64,000 nucleotides of DNA from Asterias rubens (taxonomy: Eukaryota). The notes beneath the pieces were generated by a model. That model did not search any database. It saw nothing but the letters and a program-made list of their open reading frames with translations, and had not been told where the DNA came from. This document shows, in pieces, positions 1-12,500 of this stretch. How positions within the stretch are numbered: position 1 is the stretch's first letter; each line of letters starts with the position of its first letter. The position numbers and the translations under genes were made by a program. The stretch lies in assembly GCF_902459465.1 (NCBI RefSeq), contig NC_047073.1:12648001-12712000 (forward strand), read 5' to 3'.

Positions 1-183
1 CAAGAACAATATTGCATTCAAATAATAGTACACATTTTGAAAACTATTGTTGCTTTTTGGTCACGGTTTTACCCTTTTCTGCATAAGTACAAAAACATAC
101 AGTTTGTAGTGTCATGTTTTTATTTATTTCGAAAACCTCGCAATACAAGCAGTTTACAAAATCCTTGTTTAACTTGTTTTCAG

Positions 184-519
184 GCGTGTCAGCAGTTGCA
201 GACTTTACTAGCGTGACAGCTTCTGGCCCTTTGCAGAACGACACATACGTATTCATCGCAAGTTATTTGGTGACTGGAGCAGGTGATGAGCCCACAGCAA
301 CCAAAAAAGAAGAGCTTGGTTTAACACGATTCATAAAGACGGGTACAGGTACCGGTATCACTGAGTGGACGGATTCTTCTGATTCTTTACCATCGACATT
401 GCCAGACAATGTGAAGAGGAATATGTATAAAGTTCTCAATGCCACTACAGGAAGCGTCGGTGTGTTCAACTGGACGTATGGCTCCAACACAGTGAAAACG
501 ATACGGATGAGATCCACAG
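184..519 (+). CDS. Gene 1 exon: Tie-like N-terminal Ig1 domain
   Basis: ttttcag|GC...ACAG|gtgagt, 336 nt, phase 1-1; ends VKTIRMRS, like the Tie2 Ig1 end IRTMKMRQ; paralog exon 46508-46843. Confidence 0.85.
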
Positions 520-3500
520 GTGAGTGATTCAAATAAAGAAAACATATAATGATTTATAATAAAAGTTGTGTCCTGGCCAGCAAAACTTTGCCTTCAAAAT
601 AAGGCATACGATTTACATCGATAATTAAGGTTATTAATTGTTAATAGCACAATTCATATGAAATCAACCTGCACAAACTGGGTTGTCATATGTTTAAATG
701 AAAAAGGGAATCAACATTACAATCAATATTGTCTTAAATACCGGATGGCATTGCTTTGTCGTAAATTAGTGTTGTTTTAACACATGACGTCAATTTGAAC
801 ACCCCAAATTTGCAGGGCAGGAACATAAAATCAAAATTATTATAAAAAAACCACAGTTTTAAGTGATCATCCTAAACACGATTCTAATGTGACAAAACAG
901 ACATTCTGGACATTGTCATAATAATTGTTTAAGAACGTTGCGAAGTAAGCATTGTGAAGGGCAATGTTCTAAGTGCAAATGTTGGCATAATTATATTTTA
1001 CGTAAACGATTTTCAACAATAACCAAGTTTCTGCGTGTTCGGTGTGACTAACTAAGTGCTCAATAGTTACGATACTTCAACTATAAATCTCAATTCCGAG
1101 ACTTGAACAGGTACTTTTTAACGAGAATGCTATTTAAACTTATTTATGGCGTGTTTGTTTACCATTTAAATGTGATATTTATATTGATTATAGGCAAACA
1201 CTTGTATTTTTTGTAATTGTCGATCGAGAATTTAGGAAGTTATTCCGGTGCCCTCCCTCGTATAAATTACATACCCAGTTTTAACGTTTTATGTTTGGCA
1301 TTGTATGGGTCATGATTGTATCATGCATGTTTTGTTTATTAGCGGTAGCACCGAGTGTGAAAAATTTGCGATTTCAAACGAAGACTTTATTTCAACCGCT
1401 AATAATATTTCGCTAAAAGCCACAGGACATATTTGGTAATATTGTCAAAGACCAGTCAATTTGAGCTAAATTGGTCGTCGAAGTTGCGAGATAATAGTGG
1501 AAGAAAAAATAACCTTGTCAACGTTTTAAACTAACAGCAGCTCTCCATTGCTCGTTACCAAGTAAGTTATTATGGCAGCAATTATATTGAGTAGTTACCA
1601 ATAGTGTCCTGTGCCTTTAAGTCATGTTGTGTGCTGGATTCTTTTTTTCTGCTCTAGCAATAACAAATTTCTTGCACTCGAACTAACTGTTTGAATTCGA
1701 AGTAATTATTTCGTGTGCACAAAGATTCACCAGTCTTGCTATCCGCACCACACACAAAATCCGTTCCTTTTCTTTGCACCGTCTCATGGCTCGAACGCGC
1801 GGTGACATCTTTATGAATATTTAATGAGCCGGAACCGTTCGTGAAATTTGGGTAGTTTCTCGGTTTGTAGACGTTGGTTCATTAAAATGTCCCACAATTG
1901 CTAAAATTAAGGGTATATCTTCCATTTTGCCTCGGAAAAAATGACTTTATTGACATTCAAGTGGTGTATTTTGATCGTCAACATTGGTTTCATAACAGAA
2001 AAACCCGAACACAATTACTTTACAATATTTCTCTCTTAAACATTCTCCCACACGCAAATACTTACATGAATGAATCGACAATGTCCTACTCTAAAATAGT
2101 ATAGTTGTTTTGTGCCTAATTTTGTGTAGTCCAGTCATAGTCCAAAATATGCTGACGCCATTTAAACACATCGTAACGAAAAAGGCCGCCATGATTGTAC
2201 ATGTAATTCCTGTATTCTGATTGGTGGAGACGGGTAGTGTGGGTGGCCCGGATGTCGCAAGGATCAATTTTAATAATTTTCCGTTTGGTCACCGGTCAGA
2301 ATCAGAACGAACCTTGTTTAAACGCTTTTAACGTGTACCTTTGTTGTCTTGTTCAATACTAAAACAAGCAACCTTTATCATTTTGTTCGCTTCAACAATC
2401 CTAATTACGGTATTGCAGGCTCTGTACATATTCTCGAGACTTGTTTATGTTGGATCCAAATGTTTTCGAGAGCATCGGAGTGAATGTCGTCAATCATAAT
2501 ATATACGCTTTAATACAAATGTATGTGTCATTATCAACTGCACCAACTCAAGGGACTTGAACACCTTCATATTAAAATCAAAATTTCAATTTTCAGCTTT
2601 AGTTTTTGGCTTTATTTGTGGTTTTCTAAAAGAAATGTAAACGGGTGTGTAACAATTTAATTTGCTTTAAGTAAAACTTAAATTATTTCCATCAAGTAAA
2701 CCTTTGATCACTGTGACGCTTTGCAAAAGACCGAGCTTCAGGTGAAAAAAAAAAAAACAGAGCGCCATACAAATCAAAACGGCATTGTCATGAAACAAGC
2801 ATCAAAGGTAATCAACATTCATCTAGTCCTCGATATGACTAAGTTTACCTCACAGTAAGGACTATAGATTAACACGGAACACAACTGAGTGTGCTTGTTC
2901 GGGTACAAATAATGTTGAGCGCACCAAATCTCAGCTCTACATAATATCTTGCTCTTGAACATTTATTTTGTGTGTCCTTTAAATCATTTTCTTCGATACA
3001 ATTATTTTGTGTTTTGGGACAAACGAATTGAGTCTAAGTGCACGAAATTAATCCCGAGTTTTGTTTAGTGCTAAAATTACTGTGTCCTTCGGCCTCGAGA
3101 AATAGGTCCCTCAGTCTGGTCACTCAAAGTCCCTCGGGGAATAGACGAACACTAGTTACCTCATTGCCAGTCAATATGTGTATAGTATCCCCCTTAAAGC
3201 CATCCGATATTATATAAATGGTAAACAGCAATGGAGAGATAATGATAGTGTAAACGGCTCCCTCTGAAGTAACGTAGTTTTCGAGAAAGAAGTAATTTTC
3301 CACGAATTTGATTACGATACCTCATAATTAGTTTTCAAGGTCCCGAAATCAAGCATCTGAAAGCACAAAACTTCAAGGTGACAAGGGTGTGTTTTTCTTC
3401 CATTATTATTTCGCAACTTCAACGACCAATTCAATTCAAATTTTCACAGATTTGTTATTTCGTCCATATGTTGAGACACACCAAGTGAAAAGACTGATCT

Positions 3501-6500
3501 TTGACAATAACCAAGGTGTCCTAAGCCTTTAAACGTGAATTCTTTTATTCTTGTTTTGTTGTGTCATGCCGTTGTAATTTTGAACTCCCCAGCAACCCTT
3601 CTACCCATTTTTGTCACCCGCACGGTGAACCTCAACGACAACGTAAGTCTGACAGTTAAACAAAAGATACCAGATGAACAGAATCAACAGAGCAGATGGA
3701 GAAAGGATGGCGGCGATGTGGTAAAACAAAATACCTTTAACTTCGATATAAACAATGCCAATACCGACGACAGCGGTATTTATGAGTGTCACTATCAGCA
3801 TAAACGTGGTGAAGGAAATCAAGCGCTACTGAGATTAATCGTCAGAGGTAAACCGAATAATTTTATGTTTTTATTTAGTGACGATTATATCTTATGAAGG
3901 TTCTTCGTGAGTTTTTGCTACAACGTTTTTGTTTAATTACTCACCCGATGTTCATCCACTACCATACATTCAAGCAACACAATACAGAAGCTGATATACT
4001 GCTGGCCTTGTCAAGTAACTTTGAACATTGCAAAATAAATTCAAAGGTTGGGATCACTGTTTAGTTTTTCACTGTCTATGCTTTCGCTCAAATTCCAGTC
4101 TCAGCATGCAAGAGCACTTCGACAAAATACTATCCTGGTTTGAGGCTACATGTATATGGATGAGACTTTGTTTTACCAGGGTCAGTCTCTTTAATGTCTT
4201 GTTTGTGGGAAGGGGGGGGGGGGGGCATAATGCTTGACAAAAAAAACCCTTCATACATTGTGAAAGACTTTTTGTGGGGGAGTTAACTTACAACAAAGAA
4301 TACGTTACTCACTGCAAGAATCATAAAGCAATCTTTTGTCTAAGATCTCACGATTACCGTTACCGTCACTTCACAAAACAAACCATCTCGGTATAACATT
4401 GCTGCACATTCATATCAAGGGGTGTTGACAACTTTTCCCCTATCAATGAACGCAAAAAAGGAAAATAACGTCCTCCATACAACTCCATCCATTGACTGTG
4501 ACCTGAATATCATCATAGTTCGATACAAATCTCGGTAAACCTACAATATTTACAAAGGGAAGCACACATTTTCTTGTAACAACGTTTAGCATGACGTATG
4601 CTGATCATACGAGGTTTGTTTCCTTCTTTTCTTTGTTTACAGGTTGTCCCAAAAATAAACATGGCCCTCCTGACTGTCGCGACGAGTGCCCGAGATGTCT
4701 CAATGGTGGCATTTGTGATGACGTTGGGGGTGGCTGCATTTGTCCACCAGGGTTTGGTGGTAGACTCTGTGGAAGAAGTACGATTTTTTTTTATAAAAGA
4801 GACGATATTGAACAGCGGTTGATATGAAAAAAATCCCTAAGCACAACACAACATAAATCATCAACTGAGTGTAATTGCAGAAGCATATCATAAACCAAAG
4901 ATCTTTACAAAACCGTAACAAAAAAAAACTATAGCCGCATGTAACTCTTGAGTCAGTGGAGGTCTAACTTTTTAAATGAATTTAACTTAATATTGGACAT
5001 TGGACATTCAACTGTATCGGTTTGCACAGCGAATATCAATGTTGTTTTTACGATATTGGATATTGGACATATCAGCAGTGCGAGGACCCAATATTTATTG
5101 AGTGTAATTGATTCGAAGTACGGAAAACAGTGTTACCATATTGCTTTTTATGCATTATACGTAATACCACCAGATATTCAATCTTTGTTGATATCTTGTG
5201 AATTGTAATTAGTTAAAGGACCGAACAGCTTTGGGCGTCGAGGGGGCCTCCGCTGTGACGCTGTTGGGTTGCCACACGATGGTTCTACCTGCAAAGGAAT
5301 GCTGTTCTGTTTACCGGATCCATACGGATGCAGCTGTGCCGCTGGGTACCAGGGACTTGAGTGCAAGACAGGTACACCTTTAACTCCCACATTCAGTAAC
5401 CATATTCAAGGTTGTTGCCGTGGGCAAACTTATAATATGACCTCAGAACACAAAATAATCCCTCAATCTTCAAACGGCAGCTCAAATTACACCCCTTCAA
5501 ACAAATATCTTAAATACTGGACTGTTGACTTTGGGAACCGGCGCCCTTGAATGGCATTTTCTTTGTCAGATACTGTGCGCTCTATACATGTAAGTGCTGT
5601 ATATTATTATTCTGTATTACTATTATTTTAAATTCATCAGTTAAACACACAACAGTGTTTTAAAGTACTAAAAACAAAACGTCATTTCGGTGAAGAAAAA
5701 AAAAATGCACACTACAACATATCTCCCCTCCCCGCTGTGTGCTTTAACTTTGTTCGTATCAAGGTGGTTGTGCGTCCAGGCCCATTGAAGCAGTACATGG
5801 ATGACGTCTCTATAATTGGGTGGAACTGTAGGGGAACGTTAACAATTCGCCAAAGTTATCTTCAGATACAACAACACGGACTTCATACCTTGTATTGAGA
5901 ACCGCTCAAGACAAATGTTTGTAATTTGTAAAACAATAATTTCAGCGGTAATAGATTCGATACGTGCGATATGAGCGTTACAAAGCGGTTATAAAAGACA
6001 CAGACAAACTTGCGCTCATTTGTTTAGAGCTTTATCTCTGGTTCTTTCTTAACTGGTTCAGGTTGTACTAATGGAACATACGGTGCCAACTGTGCCCAGA
6101 TATGTCACTGTGCCGAAGGGGTGTCATGTAATGGAACAACGGGTGAATGTGATGGAGACTGCGCAGCGGGATACAAAGGAGATAACTGTCAAAGTAAGAG
6201 GACATGCCTTCAGTTAACATTTGAAAATGTTGAGGAATTCAAACTATGATGTAATGATCTCTTTAGATTGTATCGATGGCAAATTTGGTGCAAACTGTGC
6301 CCAGAACTGTCACTGTGCCGACAGTGCGTCATGTGATGGAACAACGGGTGAATGTGATGGAAACTGTGCAGCGGGATACACAGGAGATAGCTGTCAATGT
6401 ACGGATTATAGCTGGATATTGGAAATTTAAGAAACACCGAATTTGATTTCAATTTCTACATTAATAATCATCATGTATCTATTCCTATTTCCCAGTACAA

Positions 6501-9500
6501 TGTACCTCTGGTGAATTCGGTTTGAACTGTGCCCAGACTTGTCACTGTGCGGACGCGTCATGTGATGGCACAACGGGTCGGTGTGACGGAGACTGTGCAT
6601 CGGGATACACAGGAGACAACTGCCAAGGTACGTGTCACTGGTTTTTACCTCTTTTAAATAATCAAGAGCCTACGACGTGGTTCGATTAAGAATATCGGAA
6701 TGTTTGCTAAGAAAGAAAACACAACAGACAGCAATTTAGTTAGATTCTCTTCTCTCTCAATTATAGTTATTATTATTATGAAAATTATCTCAATATCTCA
6801 ATATTAAAGATTCAACAAATACAATACAATACATTCAGTTATAAAAACAATCAATAAGGCAATGGTTCAAAATCATATTAACTCCTTCAGTATTATCAAC
6901 GGTTCACAACTGTGCGAAATTATATTTGAGTGGCAATTCACCAAGGTGAAACAACAAGTAAAAATACTCAACAACATATGAGTCTGAGGAAATATTAACA
7001 AATCGCAGGTTTGTAAAAGGAAACAACAATAAGAAATACTGAAGCAGTTAATGGCAACAATACACAATGATATATAATAGGTCTTAGCTGGTTTCGCGCT
7101 TCAAGTGGACTTGGTAGAGACTCTCATTGGAAGGTCGACATCAGATTGGCTCCGAAGTCCAAGAAGTGACTCTGACGAATTCCAGGAAGACGACGAAGGG
7201 GGTTTGAGAGCGGGACTGGCGAAAAGTTGAACCGTGTCAACTTCCCAAGCGAGGCCTGTGGGCTAGTCTGTATCAACAGAGCACGTGGTAAAGATGCAAG
7301 AAGGGGACTTAGGAACGTACTTAGGGAAGTAACAAATGTTCCAAACAAAATCTACGCAAAGTGTAATTATCTAAACACTTTCAAGAAGTCTTCCTTGCAC
7401 TAGGCCGATTTTCGCTCTGTTAAAAGTCTTAACTCATCATAAACAAATTCAACTATGACTTACACAAATATAAAGAACATACAATAAAATATAAAACACA
7501 GTAACACTCTTCCAGTGCATACTGATAACCTTCATGAAACTTAAACATAAGGGAACGATAAGAAATCGTCTATATGCGTACATGTGTATAACACGATAGT
7601 GGTCAATCCAGATCAAAGGTCACAACTGTTTACGTGCGTAACAGCAAACAGTCGTCTAGTCTATACTTAAATGGAAAGGAATGTGCTCGGACATCTTCAA
7701 GTGTGACAAGGGGTTATCTAAGGACAATGCTTGTCCAGCACAACTAAAGTTACGTATTGCCATGGTATTGCTTAGCAAAAATGTAGGAATATACCAATAA
7801 CAAAGTATATCATAAATACTAATCAGAAATAGTTCAATCACATAATAATCAAATGTGGAAGGCGCTATGAGTGAAATCACGGTATATAAAGTAACAGGTG
7901 TTTCGATAAACCAAATAGGTTCTATCAAACAGAAAAAAACGTATCGAACGGTAAAAGAATAGCACTGAGTGTAAAAATCTAACTGCTAACTAGCAATAAA
8001 TGCACTATACAACTAAATCATATCGGCAATAGAAAGTAAGAGGAATATACGATTAAATAGACGGAACTCCTAAAGCTTTTCCGTGCACATGATAAACAAC
8101 AAAAATATTACACAATAAAATACTCAAGGAATCTATACATCTTAGCAGCATTGTTCGAATAATCAACATAATTGTCTAAAACTCATATTGAACTGTACCA
8201 TCCATCTTGAGTCTTACTCCAACTACCTTGTCGAACAAATCTTTCAAAGTCAAATGCACAAGTGATCAATCTTATACAATAGAAAGAAATAATCAAAGCT
8301 TACCTGTATCAACAGAGCACGTGCAAGAAGGGGATTTAGGAACGTACTTAGGGAAGTAACACATGTTCCAAACAAAATCTACGCAAAGTGTAATTATCTA
8401 AACACTTTCAAGAAGTCTTCCTTGCACTAGGCCGATTTTCGCCCCGAGGATCCAGAGGAAAACGAGCCAGGATATACCAAGCTGGTCACGCACTCGGACA
8501 GGAAAGTTAAACTATGATTGGCCAGAAATATTAAAACAATAATATCCTGGTTGGGCTTGACCAATGAGAAAAGTATTAGTGGCCTAAGTTCCTAAGAAAA
8601 CGTGTGGGCAGCCAAAGAAAATCAAATCCGGGCACAATTCAAGGAAACTACTGACCTTACAACAGTTATTGCAACATAGCCTCACGTCATGTCCCTGGGG
8701 GCAACCAACTGCTATGTCTTATGGTCAAGGAATTTCTCAAGGATGTGGTACTATAAACAAATGTTTCTCAGAATTATAAAACTAAGAAAAACTAACACCC
8801 AAACAGGAGGTGAACGTTGAAGCAATGACTCTATAATAAACTTAAGAATCCTCGTTGGACAACTTAAACTAAATAAAATAATCTTCGTCGGACTATTAAC
8901 TAAAGAAAGATTTCTTCGTCGGACTAATACAAATATGTTATAATATGCAATTTATAACAGAGTCCGACATACGGAAAAATGCCTTCAACTGAATCTTGAA
9001 ATGTTAGGAAGTTCAATTTTACAATGTTTACTTTTCTGCTTCTCAGTGTGTATCGATGGCAAATTCGGCGTCAACTGTGCCCAGAACTGTCACTGTGCCG
9101 ACGGTGCGTCATGCGACGGTACAACGGGTGAATGTGATGGAGACTGTGCAGTGGGATACAAAGGAGATAGCTGTCAAGGTACGGATTATAGCTGGAAATT
9201 GGTAATTTAAGAACAACCAATTTGAGATGTAATTTCTACATTAATAGTCGTCATGTCTCTCTACTTATTTTTCAGTACAATGTGCATCTGGCCAATTCGG
9301 TTTGAACTGTAACCAGAACTGTCACTGTGCGGACGCGTCATGTGATGGAACAACAGGTGAATGCGAAGGAAATTGTGCAGCAGGATACACAGGAGATAAC
9401 TGTCAAGGTAAGGGAAGAGGACATGCCTTCAGTTAACATTTGAAATGTTCGGGATTTCAAAATATGCTGTAATGTTCTCTTTCCTACTCTTCAGATTGTA

Positions 9501-12500
9501 TCGATGGCAAATTCGGTGCTGACTGTGCCCAGACTTGCCACTGTGCCGACAGTGTGTCATGTGATGAAACAACAGGTCAATGTAGTGGAAGCTGTGCCGC
9601 AGGATACACTGGGAACATTTGTCAAGGTATTGAATACAATACTAAGTAAGCACAAACTTGGCTTCTACTAACTATTAATGTTGAGTTGGACATTGCCTTC
9701 ATAGTTTTTTTGTTTTTAAAAGGAACTTGGAGTAACTCAAGTGGTTTACTGGACCAAATAATTATAGGTGTCAACTAAAGGATTGTGACGGTGTTTTTCC
9801 ATTTTATGTTAAATGCTAAGGTTTTCTTAAACGGTCAATTATGTTATACATGTACATAAACATGTGTTGTGTGCAACTATACACCAACATAATGGAAATT
9901 TTAATTGAAAAGACGATGGCATTTTTTAGATATTGACGAAATTATGTAGCAAGTGTAATAAGAAAACACAATCACAGAAGTGCTACTGACATAAACGCTT
10001 CTCAGACTCGAATTGAAGGGAATAGCAACTGATCTTTTTACATAACATACATTACTTTGATGTGAAACGTTCTCAAAATGGTTTATGTTATCCAAAGTTG
10101 ATAAGTTGATGTATGAAGCTTACCGAAAGCTGTATGTTGCCAGAGTGATTACCAAACGTACGCATTCCCTTTATAAGTTGTTATAATGGTGTTTTTGATT
10201 CAACAGAGCAATGTCTTCCCTACGAATATAAGCTATCGTGCAGTACGACTTGTACAATATTAGGTAGGTTGCATTCATCTGCTGAACCCAGATATGTAGG
10301 CTTGTTCCCAACTCGATCTTCCCTATCTGTGATTCTTTTATGATGAAATTTAGATACTCGTTGTTAATCTTTAAATCAAAAAATGGTCTGATAAATTTTC
10401 TTCCCAATGTGTCTTCCCTATTTTAAACTTTTTTGGGGTCACATAATTGCTGATGTTTTTTGTTTGTTAGAGCAAAATATTATGACTTACTGTTTATATC
10501 CTGTTTATATCCTGCATTGCCTTTTGCATTATTCTTATTGTAGCTCAGTCGTGTCTCTCTGCATGGATGTATTATTAAAGTGAGGCGTGGTCTCCAAGGT
10601 CAATGTAATCATGACATTTAAGGGATTAGTTCATATACTGGTTCATTTTCACCCATTGAGCAGTGACTTTGTGAAGTGAGTTGTATACGCTCTTCACGAT
10701 CTTTTATACACTCGGAATGTTCCAATTGATTTCAGATCCCAACATCATACCCCAACGTCTCAATGTGTCTTCTTATTCTGCTGATGATTCATTCACTCAC
10801 ACATTATCATGGGAACCAGTAATGTGCCCATCAAAAGGCTTCAGTATTGTGAACTACGTATATAAGGTGCTTGATGGACGTGGGAGTGAAGTTGAACTAG
10901 TTGCAGTGGAGAGTACATCGGTCAGTCTTCACTTGACACATTGCACAAGATATCAACTCGAAGTTGCTGCACGAACGAGTAAAGGCATCGGAAATTTCGG
11001 CACAGCATCTTACACAACTAAATCAAAAGGTACAAAAAGATAACTTTCACATAAAGTGTTGTTTCTTTAGTTCAAGTTTACAATTAACCATAAATTTCCA
11101 GATTGATCGTCGATGGTATAGCGGCTTGCGCACTCTGCTCTTATCCAATGCTTTGGAACTGAAAGTCAGAAAGAATAGTAATGAACAAGTATAACTAGGC
11201 CACCTTGTGTTCTGCAAGTTCAGAACACAGTGCCCGACAAAACATGGGACACAAATAACGGGTATCATAGTTACTGTAGCTTTTTGTTTTCTATATATGA
11301 TCATGATGCATTATTAGCATGATTCTCCAAAGAACGGGAACTAAGATGTGACATGAAAATAAATATACCTTGGTATCACGCAGTAATTCTTTCTTTTTGT
11401 AATTTTAACCGTTTCTTCTGTAGTTCCCAATCAGGTAGCAAATGTAGCAGTATCTCCCATCGGTCATAATCAACTGACAGTATCATGGGATGCTCCTCTC
11501 ACCGACAATCAGAGTCCTTGTCCTGCCACTGACTACCTGGTGACCTATGACCTTATAAACCTTGAGCAGTGTCAGGAGGTTAGTAGAGATGTTGAAATAT
11601 TGACCACAACCTACACTACAATCACAATTAACAGACTTGATGCGTTCTCAACATACCGGGTGACCGTTACATCGAGAAACCAAGCTGGAAGTAGTACCCC
11701 CGTGTACAGAACTGTGAAAACGACACAATCAAGTAAGTAAGAGTTGATGTTACCATGGAAAGTTGTGTTTTCATTTCCTTCCATTGTGCAGAGTTTAGTT
11801 AATCATGGACTGTACCATTTTTCCTTAAAACTCCGCTCTTACGTTTGTTTTTCTTCTTATATAACTAATTGTAAATTTACGTGGTTTCATAACAGTACCA
11901 GGAGCACCAACTGTAATTGTCGACTCGACATCGACAGATTACATCGAGTTCGCATGGGAGCTTCCATGTGGAAGAACGGGTGGCAACATAACAGAGTACC
12001 CATACAAGTATAAAAAAGCAACAGACAATGAGTTCATCCAGCCTATCACAACAACGGATACACGTATAAGGATAACTTTCTTGACGCCATGCACTTCATA
12101 TGTATTTCAAGTGAGAGCTTTGAACAACATCGGAAGAGGACCGTGGTCCAATGAGGCTAGGCAAAATACAACACAAAAGGGTAATTTATGGTATATCCAA
12201 CGTCATAACAGCATAACAATAATTAATGAATCATTATTGCAATGCAAAACTATTTATTTATTACCAATAATGACGTTATTATAAACAACCGTGTTTATTG
12301 CGCGAGCTCTTTACATTCAAAGATTGAGTAGCTGTTCAAAAAAGTGATGTCATCATTACCGCAAGGGGATGCTAGCATTTTTAAAAGTGATACCTTTTTT
12401 TGTCCCTCATTCACACAATGCCACCAACAAAATTGTTTGAATAATTATTTGGTGGAATTAAAGTCGTTGAAAATTAACGTTTGTTGCTTAATTAGTAAAA

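Noticed and set aside
6062-9626. Regularly spaced repeats resembling a CRISPR array
   Set aside because: They are eukaryotic EGF-coding exons separated by GT-AG introns.
10171-10407. 78-aa minus-strand ORF, identical at 53796-54032
   Set aside because: No recognisable motif; the whole surrounding intron is near-identical between paralogs, so conservation reflects recent duplication or conversion, not coding constraint.
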